Source: Mytilus californianus (Eukaryota). From it: 64,000 bases of DNA. Shown one piece after another: positions 49,655 to 63,249 of the stretch. Position numbers and translations under genes: made by a program. The number at the start of each line of letters is the position of its first letter. Position 1 is the first letter of the stretch. Below the pieces are notes generated by a model. The model had not been told where the DNA came from, did not search any database, and worked only from the letters and a program-made list of their open reading frames with translations. The DNA is taken from the NCBI RefSeq assembly GCF_021869535.1, contig NW_026262581.1:124682001-124746000 (forward strand), read 5' to 3'.

Positions 49655-49795
49655 GTTAATCGTAAAATTCATATAGTACTTGTCGCTCATATAATGTTTT
49701 TCGTAGAATTTATATAGTACTTGTCGCTCATATAATGTTAATCTTAGAATTTATATAGACTTATTAAAAAGTGCTTGTCTCTCATATATTGAATT
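49655..49795. repeat. 41-bp tandem repeat, ~2.5-3 copies
   Basis: ATATAGTACTTGTCGCTCATATAATGTT...TAGAATTT at 49671 and 49712, degenerate at 49753. Confidence 0.8.
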
Positions 49796-51563
49796 TTCCC
49801 TTTTTTAGTATAATATTTACATGCTAATCTGAATTCTCTTAAAACCTTTCATAAGTTTGTTTGTTTAAGAGATGGAATAATGGCCGAGGCTTATACTCGC
49901 TTATGCAATTATTTTTATTTGTGATAATATGTTATTGTTTGGCTTTAATTGTCATATATACAGTCATGGTTTTTGCTAATGACAATGCTTTATCGTGATC
50001 TATTGTCATCGATTTAGTCAACTAAAATGGCGTCCTTTTGTCTGCATTGAATTTACTTGAATAATATTTATGCAGTGAAAGAAAGTCAGTTTCACTAAAT
50101 ACCATGACTGTCATAGTAGCATAAATTGATAAAAATTACCATCTCAGGTAAAATGAAAACATCTTATGACTAAGATTGATCGTAAGTTATACTAAATGTT
50201 CATGACTTTCACGAATTTTTTTCTGTGTGTAAAAAGTGTCACTTCGTATTCTGTAGTTATTATTTTTTACTTCAGTGTAAACCATAATACTCTTTAAAAT
50301 AGCTCGAAATCAAAATAAAGAGGTTTGAAGGATATCTTTTCATTGAATGTAAATAATGAGTGGAATGGGAATTCCGTAAAAAAATTGGTAGACAAAAAAA
50401 ATCTTTTTATGTCGTCAATGTAATTGCCTTTGTCTAAAATCTTGGAAAGCGAGACAGAAGCGGTTGATGGCTAGATAGCGATACGCTGGTGCATAATTCT
50501 ACATTCCCATTAGCCAATCATAATCTTATAGTTACTATTCAAAGAGATATTGAACACCGGTGTATTTTTTTTGTTGTTGGAATTTTGAGGGACTGCTAAA
50601 TTAAATCTGTCTGAAAGTAGTTTTTAAAGCTATTCACTTTCTTATTGATCTTTTGATGTCCACTTCAATAAAAAGTTTTGTTTCTATTTTCTCAAGAACA
50701 TTTATTTTCTCAAGAGTTTTTAAAAACCTTCAATCTGATGTAACTAGTTACGTTGGTACCTTCCTATTAAATTGAAGTTTTGCGTATCAACTGTTTTGGT
50801 AACCATGAAATATAAAAACCGAAGTAATACTCATCGCTAGGGAAATCTGAGATAATTTTAATTTCTCACAAGAGATCAATAGGAGAAAACGATGAAGACA
50901 ATAATATAGGAAACCTTCAAGAAAATTAATGTGGATTCTTATGAAGATTAATATAAATATTTTTCTAGTCAGACGATTCAAGTGATGAAATACAAACATT
51001 TCCACCGAGAAAAGATGTAATCAGTAACGATATATGAAAAGAGACGACGTTTTTGTTCAATAATATTGCTGTATACTGATGTTGTCTCTAGGTACAATTA
51101 TCGACAGATGCGTGTTCTCTGTTTGTTGTCTCTGTTGCAGATAGTCTTAATCAGACTTTGATTTCAGCGGCGCTTTTGTCACTTATGATGATCTGTTATG
51201 TAAAGTACATGGTCAAAGGTTCAATTTGATGCGCTAACAATGACCTGGAAACACGTCAATATAATGATAAGATGTGGCATGGTTGCCAGTGAGACAACTA
51301 ACTATCAGAGACCAAAGGACGTTGTTATCAGTTTCAGAAATGTAAATTTTTAGTATCCTCAATCTCGTGAAGCATCACTTATGATTAGAAACGGGTTGCA
51401 AAGTCCCTTAGCAAATTTGACAGATTCATTCATTTATTTAAATGAAGGGGAAACAAACCTAAATCAATGCATGTTTGATTTCTCATCGAGCCATGGAAGT
51501 ATCTCCTACTTACTTTTGCATTAAGCAACTTGGACTATTATGAATTATCATATAATTATTTTA

Positions 51564-51874
51564 CAGCTGTTATCCTAATGCTAGCAAGTTAAAGGTTTTA
51601 TTTGCTTGCTTGCTTTGTTTGTATTAATGTTTGCTCAAGCTTAATTAAGATTGACATATGAAAACAATATAAAAAGGCGGAGTTAAACTTGTATGCATTA
51701 TATTTAAATTAAACATCATCAAATAATCAAATTTACCTATATACAGGTTTAACTCCGCCTACTTATATCATTTGCAGATGTCAATCTTAATTACAATGCT
51801 TGAGCAAACTTTAATACAAACAAAACAAGCAAGCCAACCAAACATTTAAGTTGCTAGCATTAGGATAACAGATG
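51564..51874. mobile_element. Fold-back MITE (Tc1/mariner-like, TA target duplication)
   Basis: TA|CAGCTGTTATCCTAATGCTAGCAAG ... TTGCTAGCATTAGGATAACAGATG|TA. The arms (~51564-51694 and 51741-51874) are complementary almost throughout, around a ~46-nt loop. Confidence 0.8.
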
Positions 51875-52224
51875 TAAGACTACGATTTTTTAAACACTTT
51901 TAAGATAATATTATTAATTTGCAGATATATATTTAGGAGAAACATCATCGTGATTGAATAATACTAATAATAATAATAATTATAATAAAAATTCATATAT
52001 TTTTTCTCATTTTTTTTACCGACTATTCATTAAGAACTACAGAACAACATTAGAATATATGAAAAAAATTAAACAATATGTATAGCAATCAGATTCCCAT
52101 TATAAAAATGTATAAAAAAAAATGGATAGATTGTTTTTATGTTTTCTCTCCGCATCATAACGTCTGTTGGTAATATAATTATATCCACAATTTATTGTTA
52201 TTTTTATGCATTTTATATTTTCAG

Positions 52225-52794
52225 ATCAAGTCTCCTTAATGAGAGATAGTCAGTATGATATAGAACTAAGGAGAAAAGGTTCCTTTGACGAATCCCTCAC
52301 GGAACATTCCTACAGATTCGGCACCAAGTTTTACGACACAATTACATATAGTGAAAGTTTGGACTTTGACATCTCTTTGTCGGCTCCGGATCTGCACGAA
52401 CTTTACCGATATCATGTATTTTTTTCCCACTGTAACGAAGATAAGTCATGGGTGTGCAGTATTATGAACAAACTTGAGTCAGAACCATATAATTACAAGT
52501 GCTCTTATGGAGATTTTCAAAATGCAAACAAACTAAGCTTCTTTCAAAGTGCTTTATGTTCCGCTATGCTCAGTGAACGAGTAGTTGTTGTATTAACACC
52601 AAATTATGTAAAAACCGCTTGGAAAGAGTTCAGAGAAATTTTACAAAACTTGACAGAAAAAAGTCTATATCGACAAAGAATGTTGGTAGTTTTATTAAAA
52701 GATTGTATGATTCCAGAACCGTTGCAACAACTGGGTTTTTTAGATGCCAGAGAAAGTGATTTCTTTCCTTGTTTTGTCAGATATGTAGGCAGTG
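52225..52794 (+). CDS. TIR-domain protein, TIR-encoding exon (570 nt, phase 1-1)
   Basis: Acceptor ttttcag and donor G|gtaagt. YHVFFSHCNEDKSWV...SERVVVVLTPNYVKTAW...MLVVLLKDCMIPEPLQQLGFLD matches the TIR box1 and beta-strand pattern. A possible start is the ATG at 52239 if the upstream exon is non-coding. Confidence 0.85.
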
Positions 52795-53903
52795 GTAAGT
52801 CAATATACAACTTTTTTGTTCTTCTTTAATACACATGCTGTAAAGAGTCAATGCTTACTATAATGTCTCACTCAACGGAACAAAACCATACAGTTGATGA
52901 AACCTACTAGACTTTAAATATACAAGAGTTTAAATAATAATCTTAAGGAGATTTTTAAACTATTTTACATACATCCACAAAATAATAATTATATTTATTG
53001 ATGACAAAGACAATATATTGTTAATTTTTGGCACGTTTTGTGAGGTTTTCCATCGTAGGACATTATTGACCAACATAATTTAATTTGTATTTAAAATGCA
53101 ATATAAAATTAAGGAGACGTGGAAAGATTGTCATTGAGATAACTACCCATAGACCTAAGAACAAAGATGTAATCAATTACATGTAACGTAAAGTACATAG
53201 CTTTTCTTTGGTCAGATTTTTGGTTTTAGTTAAGAAAGTCCTCCTAAAGCAGTTAAGCGACAACAACTCAAAAATATACCAAAATCAATCAAAATTGTAG
53301 TTTTAGACCAACTTAAAGTATTAATAATTGGTCACTTGACCAGAGATACACCATATCTACATTTTGATACCTTTATTCACTCCTCCCTCTTTTTTTTTGG
53401 AAATAGATATATCAGATTTTTGTCTTGGTTTTGAAAATTTTGAAAAAAAACGAAATGATTTACTGCTCTGGTAAATTTTGCTTTGTCAGTTTTAATTACT
53501 TGACAGAAAATTCCCCATCTTTCAATCTACCTTGATCGATTTTGACATACACGAATAGGATTTTCAAAATATTTCTGATAATTAGTTTTGATTGCCATTC
53601 ATTATACGAACAAAATGATAATTGATTCTTTAACAATTATAAACACCTTAACAGTAATTTGGAACAACCAAGATATTAAGGTATCATTGTATGAAGATCG
53701 CAACAAAGATATTAAGAAATTAATGTATGAAGATCGCACTACTAAACTTCATAATTGTGATAATAGGGATATAACCAATAAAACAAGACGTCGAAAACTG
53801 AATCTTGGTTGTTTAAAATGATGTTCACAACAATGGTTACAAAATAGCAGCAAGATACCTCAAACTTAAAGTATAAATACAGATTAACTCTTATAATTTT
53901 CAG

Positions 53904-53969
53904 ATCGTCTTCCCCGTAGCAGTGATTCGTTTGCAAGTGAAATGACATGCATTTTGTATTCGCCTTCAA
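53904..53969 (+). CDS. TIR-domain protein, putative next exon (66 nt, phase 1-1)
   Basis: ataattttcag|ATCGT...TCA A|gtaagt. Open in phase: DRLPRSSDSFASEMTCILYSPS. Confidence 0.65.
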
Positions 53970-55199
53970 GTAAGTCATTACATGAATGAAATTAAAAAAA
54001 AACTATCTTTTTTATGTATGCCTTAAGCAGACTGCAAAGCTATATATATCAAAGCGTAATTACCAATAAAGGAAAGGTTAACGTAAGTGAATTTCTGTAT
54101 GGTTTTCAGAATCAATATGGTATCAAATCCCGAGAAAACGTCTAAAATGTAACATACAAAATCTTTCGCTTCAAAAGAAAACCAGAAACAATGTATCTGT
54201 CTAAATATCTTCATTAATTTTAATGCTTTTATGTAATAGGCGTTTAACTTCCATATTGACAATTAGCCAGGATTTATTTTCAATTTGCACTCTGAAACTC
54301 TTGGAATGGAAGGTCTGGTATCCATTAAGTGCTTTCGGCATTGTTATCAAAACACTTGCACTGCTGCGTCAATTTACTCATATGAAAATTTCTAATAAAA
54401 AAAAATTTAGTAAAATACCGGGCCGGTATGAAAAAGATCGTATATATAGACCATTATAGTGTATTGACTTGTCATAATAACGATATGATTTAAAGCTAAG
54501 GCTAAGAAACGGGGAAAATGCGAGGCTCTGCCAAGACTACACTTTTGTTGTCTTTATAATGCAATCTTAAACAATTTTATACATGTTTTGTGTTATCATT
54601 TTGTTTTTTTTTGTTTTTTCTTAAAACTGTTTTTGACTAAGTAAAATTGTGTGTGTTGCTGAATGAGCCAGTCGAACGGCTGCGGTCGATTTCGGAACAG
54701 AATACCACCAATAAGCAATGGGCGTGATAATTTATACAATTTATGAACAAATAAAGGACAAAAACAACACACATTCATAAACGTAATTAGAAACATTGCA
54801 ATTCCTTGGACTTCTTCCATCCAGCTCTAGAACCCTTGCCTTCAGTGGGGCGTCCACTTTGGCTGTTAACTGTTAATTTGTTTTTGTCATGAATATGCAT
54901 GAAATATTTCACACTGGACGTTAAGCAAACAACAACCAATCAATCAAACAATCAGTTTCTTGTTATTAACATAAACCACGACTCGAAAAGTGTTTGGCCC
55001 ATTTGCAATCAGGAAATCTATAACTATATATTAATAAGGTCCTCGGGATAGTGTCGAAAGGAGCAATATTCCTCTCTTTTTCATCGGCAAATGTTATTAA
55101 AAAGGATAACATGAATTTGAAACTGAAGGTGCAGCCTTTTATATAACTGTTAAGGAGGCCCAATATTGAGAGACATGGTTTTCCGTCATGTGTTGTTGT

Positions 55200-55447
55200 C
55201 TTGTACTAGGGATGGAACATCCATATTCATCGCCACTGTATGATAAGGTCATATAAACATATGATGTCTTGCTTTTTACTAAACTGATGAATATAGTCGA
55301 AGTTTTGTTAGCTGGATATGAAATAGGGGTTGTAATCAGTACTTTGGATTTACTCTTAAATGTTGCATGCTTGTTTGAAAAGCAGAAAACAAGAGATTTT
55401 GAGTCTTAATTTTGAATTGACCGGTGATCGAACCACTAAATTCTCGG
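55200..55447 (-). mobile_element. Degraded tRNA-derived (CORE-like) SINE
   Basis: Minus strand has a B-box-like GTGGTTCGATCACCGGTC followed by AAAATCTCTTGTTTTCTGCTTTTC...GCATGCAACATTTAAGAGTAA, resembling the CORE-SINE central domain. Confidence 0.45.
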
Positions 55448-55582
55448 GAGATGGAAACATCTATGACACAAGTGTATACTAAAACGCATGAAATACTAAT
55501 GGCATCATCACGACATTTATGTTGATCTAATACTAACTGTCACGTGCACTTTTTTGTCATATTCTGCATATTATGACGTCAG

Positions 55583-55767
55583 ACCACTTGTATGATATGT
55601 CTCTCCCAATTCTTAATGAAATAACCCCATCTGTGTTATTGATAGATTATGTGAATGGTCAAATATTGACAACTGTAGGACTGCATATTCGTGGTCACTG
55701 GAAAGGAAAAATTATCTGTAACGAAGAGGACAATATACCGACGCCACTGTGTTGTCATGGCGTCAAT
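55583..55767 (+). CDS. TIR-domain protein, putative third exon (185 nt, phase 1-0)
   Basis: Acceptor gtcag|AC (modest pyrimidine tract) and strong donor AAT|gtaagt. Open in phase: NHLYDMSLPILNEITPSVLLIDYVNGQILTTVGLHIRGHWKGKIICNEEDNIPTPLCCHGVN. Confidence 0.55.
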
Positions 55768-57514
55768 GTAAGTTTCTAAAATATCATTTTAAATAAGGTT
55801 TTGTTTGATCTTCTCAGCTAATTACTAGGACATGTATATGCTTATCGCCTCTTCTGTTGGTCCATTTTCACTGCTGATTTCCGTATAAATGGAAGGAAAT
55901 ATTGCCCATATGTGTAATAATAACTAATAGATGTGGTGTAAACGTAAGTGAGACAGGAACCAATACAAACAAAATCTAAAGACATTTAAGAGTCTGTAAG
56001 TAGTCCTTTTTTGAAAATATTTTGACAAAAATATTGATTTTTTGCAAAATATCTTGTTATTGATATTAAGTTTGCCATTTTTCGTCAATTCTGTTTCTTT
56101 GTATCTCATCAAGATCATTAAATCCACAATTGCTTGTACAAAAAGAGCTTTCGTTTCCTAAACACTTAGATAAACCAAACAAAATTGTGTAAATGCCTTT
56201 AAAAGTCTTTCTTGAGTAAAGCAACATTGTACAAATTAGATAATTGACCACCAAATGCTGAAACCTTTTATTTTTATTATATATTATTAGCTCCACGCTA
56301 ATTGAGATAGTACAAGATGTAAAGGAATACCTCAAGCAATTCCATATTGTCTGAAACTTTATTTCCACGGAAAGTAAATGTGAATGATGACGATATTTAC
56401 TGCAGGCATTGAAGTGTACTTTGATAACACGTCTGACATTCATCTTGTTAACCAACACCAATTACTACACTCAAATCAAATTATAAAACAAATACATACT
56501 TAACACCTGCATAACCGTCTGATCAAAGTTATCATAATCATTTCATTTCAGGAAACAACGAGAAAAAATTTCTAACCGATTTAAAATTAAACGGATAGTT
56601 ATAAATCTAAATATGATAACATGAATAAAAGTTTTAAAACAGAAAGAACAAACTAAGTTCTCCTGAATTTGACAGTAGTTTCAAAGCACCATACTTTTTA
56701 CTGGGTATTTATAAAAAAATATTTAGAAATTTGAGATGACCTTTTTTTACTAAAGTGAGTAGACATGAAAAAGGGATGAAAATTTGCTTTGTTTACTTCC
56801 GGTGCAATTTTTTTTTTTTTTTTTTTTTTGTGCTATAAAAGGTTCAGTAAAATTTTCACTGTAATTCTGGACAAGAATAAACTTTCTTCATGCCAAGTAT
56901 TCTTTTATTTAAAACAAAAGTAAATTCTGCACATATTTTTTCAAAAATGACAATTTAGCAAAGACTGATGGGGGAAAGCAATGGTTGTATTACCCCTACA
57001 AGTAGACATGAGATACACGTCAATGAGACAACAACCCAGCAAAATCTAAAACCATAACATATACCGATTTAAGCTACACACAATGCTGGGAAATATGCTG
57101 AGTTATGCAAGTAAACTTTAAAAGAAACTGATTGGACAATCTAAAGTAAAAGCATAGAAAGCGAGACTCATGCAACACTATAGTAGGATCATTGAACATC
57201 TCACAGTTATTGATACTACGTGTATAAATTTTCAATAGTTTTGAAAAACATAAATTGTTATTTAGCTATTCAAATCTTATGGTCCAGTACCCTGTCGATA
57301 CTTTTATTTTGCCATTGTTTTGGATAAAGGTTTTTCAAGACTTCATAGTTTGTTAACATCTACTCCGATTGAGGTGTATGGATAACTTTTTTAATCTAAA
57401 AGTACAGTTGAAATTGGGCTTCAAACTAGCTTTCAGTTACTTCGAGTACTCTTGAATCTTTTTTTTTTTTCATTTTGTTAGCTGTTTTCTGCTTAGTAGG
57501 CCTATCTGGTGAGT

Positions 57515-57960
57515 AAATATAGAAATAAAAAAATGTGGTATGATTGCCAATGAAACACCTCTCCACCAGACCAAATGAGGTATAAGTTAGCCACTATTGG
57601 TCACCGTACGGCCTTCAACAATGAGCAAAAACCACACCGCATAGCAAGCTATAAAAGTCCTCGAAATGACAAATGTAAAACAATTCAAACGAGAAAATTA
57701 CGACCTGATTATGTACAAAACAATAAACGAAAAACAAATATGATATACAGCAATAAACGACAACTACTGAATTACAGGCTCTTGACCTTGGACGGGCACA
57801 TAAGAATGTGACGGGGTTAAACATGTTTGCAGGCACCCAATCCTTCTCCCCTTAACCTTGGACAATTGTGTAACAACACAACACAAGAACAAACTATAAA
57901 AATCAGTTGAAAAGGGCTTAACTCATCAGATCGATACAAAGAAAAACAAAACAACTAGCA
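57515..57960 (-). mobile_element. Dispersed non-autonomous element, a related subfamily of the 20166/58109 family
   Basis: ATGTGGTATGATTGCCAATGAAAC...CGTACGGCCTTCAACAATGAGC...GGGGTTAAACATGTT...AAAATCAGTTGAAAAGGGCTTAACTC. Same architecture as 58109-58597. Confidence 0.75.
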
Positions 57961-58108
57961 AAAACACAAAAGACACCAAGTACTGATCTGAGAGTACTCG
58001 TAATTACCGAAAGCTAGTTCAAAGCCAATAACAAGTAAAAAAACTTTTTCAACTGATTTATACGCTTTATTCCTAGGTTGTGTTGTAACACCACTGTCAA
58101 AGGTTCAA

Positions 58109-58597
58109 TATAAATAAAAAGATGTGGTATGAGTGCCAATGAGACAACTATCCATCCAAGTCACAATGTGTACAAAGTAAACAATTATAGGTCAAAGTAC
58201 GGCCTTCAGCACGGAGCCTTGAGTCACACCGAACAGCAAGCTATAAAGGGCCCCAAAAAAACTAGTGTAAAACAATTCAAACAGGAAAACCAACGGTCTA
58301 ATCTATATAAAAAACGAGAAACACTTATGAACCACACCAACAAACCACAACCACTGAACAACAGGCTCCTGACTTAGGACAGTTGCATAAAAATGCAGCG
58401 GGTTTAATCGTTTTAACAGGCACCAACCTTCACCTTAACCTGAAACAGTGGTATAACATTACAACATAAACAGACACACAATAAAATATCAATTGAAATG
58501 GTTTAACTCGATCAAAAAGACAATACACAAAAACAAGTAAATATACACTGAACGAATAAGTTTGATCTATGACACAATATAAATAAAAAAGATGTTT
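58109..58597 (-). mobile_element. Inverted copy of the 20166-20666 element
   Basis: Reverse-complement match end to end. Confidence 0.85.
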
Positions 58598-61500
58598 CAA
58601 TGTCAAAAAGACAACTTTAACCTAGGACAAAATGGTGTAACGTACACAGGTAAGTTTAAATATAATTATTTTGTTGTTATGAGTGCAGAAACATTTTTTA
58701 CAAAATAAATTTGTTATTCATAGTACGAGTACAGAAGTGAAAATTCTTTTGTCATACTAAATACTTATCAAAGGTGTTACATATTAAAAATAGTAAGACG
58801 AGATATACCACAAAATTTGTAAACATTGGATAACAGAAATGCATTACAAATTGTTTCAACAGGTCAAATTAACATGAGAGTACGATTTGAGAGTATTCGC
58901 AGTTACTGAAAGACAGTCAAAGAAGACATGACTTGTGCAATGCCAAAATAAAAGTAACGACAGGCAGTAGGATAGTTAGGGTTTAACCTTATAATAAATA
59001 TGTATGATGTTATGTATAGATAAAACAATTTCTAAATAGAAAATAAACGTGGATGTGTATATATACATCCCAAAAAAACATTCGAAAAGAATACAAATTT
59101 AGTTATGTTTTAATTAGTTGATGACAAAATCGATGTTAGTGCCAATGAAAACAATATTCAAAGATCTTATTACAACATTAATAAGATAGCCTTTACTAAT
59201 AAGTTTGTTTAAAGGTTCGATAAGTCTATAATCCAGTGGTTGTCGTTGGTTTCCTTCTGTCATAATTGTTCCTTTGATGCAATTAGCTTAAACCAGGCCG
59301 TTAGCATTCTTTTATTTTCTTTTTCATTTTGATATAGCTTTCTATACGGTATGGGTTTTTTTTTCTCATTATTGAAATCCGCCCAATGACCTGTTCTTTT
59401 CTGCATTCTTGTCCTTTTGTTGTTGTTGGATCGTTATCTAATTGGCAATCATATCTCATCTCCTTATTTTATTTGCTTTAGCATATTTTATGAGCTGAGA
59501 AATATATACTCCTTAATCAGGTGTTGAAATGTATAATCAAGGTAATCTCTGTTATCGTACAAATAGTTAATAACAAGACTCATAACCAAATTTGTGTAGT
59601 CAGAGAGCTGCATTAGTGTACACATCTGATTAGAGTTATTCTTGAAACACATATAAGCATCGTCCTTTTTTTAGTACCTGTGTATTTTGCTCTTGAAAAG
59701 AGCATACATGCAAGTCTTAAAAACAACAGAAACGAGCTTTACTCTTCAGGTCGATACTGAACTCAAAAACAGCTAGCAAAAAAGACCGACATATGAGTAC
59801 CTGCAGTTACTGACATTTAGTTCAAAGCCAAGCATAGTTCTCTTATATACATTTTACCTACATTTCCTTTCCTTTAAAAACTGAGATTAAGAATGTTAGG
59901 TCTAAGAAATTGACGAATAACTTAAGATAAATGAGTATTTTTAAGATCATCTTTTGTTGATAATGATAATCGTTTATACAAGGATTACAAAGAGAATTGT
60001 TGCCGTGTTGAAATTATTTGCCACTACCCTCATCACGCTATGCACTGACAGTTATACATCTGAAGTTTAAGATTACTGAACATTTGAACTTGATAATGCG
60101 GTCATTTATTAATTCCGGTCCATTTCCGACGTGTACGTTTATGTATAACTGTTTAGTATTAGAAATTTCTTCCATTTCCTCTACAAATTGCTTTCCAAAG
60201 ACTCCTGGCTCTTTGTATAATTTAGTGCTTCAGGAAATTTAAGAAGATGAATCATCGTGTTGAGAAAGAATAACCTTTTAAGATGTTTAACGGTAATTTG
60301 TTGGATAAGATGGTGGTTTTAATTGATTTATTTCAAATTAAGATGCATGTTTGTTTTTGCAACGTTATTTTCCAAAGCAGGCATGTCATTTATGATATCT
60401 ATAATTAAACATCAGTATTTCCAACTTGAAAACAAACCGACCAAATGTTTCTATTACGTCCTTGAATATATCTGTTGTAATGGATATTCAACAAACTTCA
60501 TTTCTAAGGTTGATGATGATTGAATACAAGATGTTGGTATACGTCAATCCAACAACACACATCACGAAAGGTCAATATACGTTTTACAACAATAGACAAA
60601 TGTCTATACAATATGTTGAGCTCTTACTAAATCGCCCCGAGTCTAGAACATTTGTTATCAAAACAGTCATATTAAAAAAATACACACGACAGTTTGAAAA
60701 TGGATTAAATGTGGTATCCATAAAATATTTTTTTGTCATTTGAAATTAGTGGAAATCTTTTTCATTTCTCAAAAGGCTAGTATGGCTGTGATAGCATACA
60801 AAAATAATATTAAAACAAAACATATGTAACATGAAGAATAATATTTGTAATAATGTACAATAACATATATTGATAATTTAATAAAAAATGGGACATTTTT
60901 ATCAAGACTATCTCTGATGAGAGGTTTCCCGATTTGCTACCGTACCCACTTTAGTATGAACTGGGAGCCGTCATTAATCTTTTGAAAATAATTGATGTAT
61001 TCACTGAATGTCAACGTGTCTTATGAATCATTATCAGAAGTATTTGGAGGATTTTTAACTGCAATTTTGATTCAATTTCACGTGGATATATTAAAAAAAT
61101 ATTATGTGTACTCGATTATGCTTTCAATCAACCGATGCAAGTAACCGAAGCACGAACGGTTTGTAATTTATATTTATTCCCCCTGAAATCGCAACGGCTA
61201 AACCAAGCTAAAACAAAACATAAATCACATCTATAATTTATCTGATTTTTACCTGTTATATTATTATAACATTATAAAATAAAACAGTTTAGATTTTTTT
61301 TTGGTAAGCTTTTAGAAAACACGAATAAGCAAGAACCCTGTAAACATACAAAATTAACCTCATTGATAATGTATTAATGATGAAATAAGAACAAAAAACT
61401 ATTATATGAAGCCGACTTTGCAAGTGTATCAAAAATTGTCAAAAATATAGTGAAACATAATAATACCATATAGCTGATCAAAGTTTTTAAATGATCAATA

Positions 61501-63249
61501 TCAATATACAATTAAATATTGAAATATTGTCACTTATTTACGTAGTTCATGTAATATCTTTACCATACTTACATTTTTCTGCATGTTCACTAAAATCGTC
61601 TAACATATGCATGAGAAATTTTTTCAATTATTAAAATACGAAGAAAGGGTCAAATTAGAAGTTTCTTCGTACTTTTATAATTGGAAAAATCCTCGTACAT
61701 ATGTAAGACGATTGTATTGAACATGCCGAAAAATAATAAACCATTTCAATTTAAGAAAACGAGTGTCAAGGCAATTAACCATAACTATATGAGAATTGTT
61801 CTAGTTTTTTTTTTATTCAATGATTCTAGACATTCAATTTGGTGGGAATTTTTTTATCGGCAATAGAAAAGTACATATTTATATTTCAATATTTTTTCAG
61901 TTTAACTTTTTTTTTTTAATTTCTAGAAAAAAATCTACAGTTGTTGATTAAAAAAAGGGAGAGAAGGTTTTCCTTTTCTTTGTACATATTGAAAGAGAAA
62001 AATCGGCACACAGGAATTAGGTATTTGACAGAATAGAGTTGCAACTCATTGATGTTAAGTTACTGACCAAATACGAAGTCTTTTTGTAAAGTAGTTTCTC
62101 AGATAAGAAACAAAATATTTGTTGGACCGGACAAACAATGTGGTTGCACTCACTCCTAGATTGAAGGTATAATACAGACAAGTAATTCAATGATTATATG
62201 TACCGTAATGAAAAAAAATAGCCTGAAGACAAGCTTGGGTAACTTATCTATTGATACAGAATCATTAAATTTCATGCTCTAATATCGACTGCTGTATGAA
62301 ATGTTATACTACACTGTAATGGACTAAGCTGACCCGATTTAATGTGGGTATGATTTTGTGTTCATGTAATGCCTATAGAGTAGGTCGTTAGTTTTCTTGT
62401 TTGAATTATTTCACATTTTCATGTCGGGGCTTTTTAAAGCTGACTATACGGTGTGGCTTTTTCTTTTTTTTTTTGTGTTGAATGCCGTAGGGTGACCTTT
62501 AATAGCGTTTATCTTCGTCATTTTAACTATGTTGATAGTTGTTTCTTTTGCAATCATACCAAATGTCCTTATTTTTATATAACGCCCCGTTTGCCAATAA
62601 AAATTAAGGTTTATTGCTTTTATTGAAAAAACAAGCGCATGGACCCCCAGTTTTTTCTTTTGCAATCGATCAAATTCTGTTTCAAGAACGCTCCGCCAAA
62701 ATTTTAAGAAAAATTCAACGATAGAATTTTTTCTGCACTTCTGTGTAGACGTAAAAATATTTTCAGCTTCTTTATTTCACTTGTATTAAAAGAATTTAGG
62801 ATATAATTATTTATTTCAACCGTTAACTTGTTACAGCATGCTGATGGCATGGATCAAGGGAACATTTTACAAAAAACAGGTTAAATTATGACTTTTCGTT
62901 CAAAAGTATTGGTACTTTCCTTAAAAGTCCTTATTTATGAAATTTCAGGGTTTTTCCTTCAAATATGCAAATTTCGAACCAAATTATCGCAAAAAGTAAG
63001 TCATGAAGGTATATTTTTCTTTGCATATTTCAAAAGTACACATCGAAATTGACATTCTACCAAAATTAAAAGAAAAAATCAACGAGGATCTCTACCGTAT
63101 CGTATGCCCTTAAGAACATTTGAGATACGAACGAGAAAGGATCTCACATTGATTAGATAAATTTCTTTGAAATAAATACTCCGTCACATTTTTCTTTAAA
63201 CGATAATTTTGATCAAACGGTAATACAAGGTTTAAATGTAAATTTCATG

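Noticed and set aside
50367-50375. GGGAATTCC kappaB-like site ~1.85 kb upstream of the TIR exon
   Set aside because: A single 9-mer with an unknown transcription start is not distinguishable from chance.
56552-58649. Candidate downstream TIR-gene exons (acceptor at ~56551; 24-nt exon 58626-58649 with strong donor)
   Set aside because: In the required phase 0 they give an almost immediate stop (ETTRKNF* or DKMV*). They cannot be assigned without transcript data.
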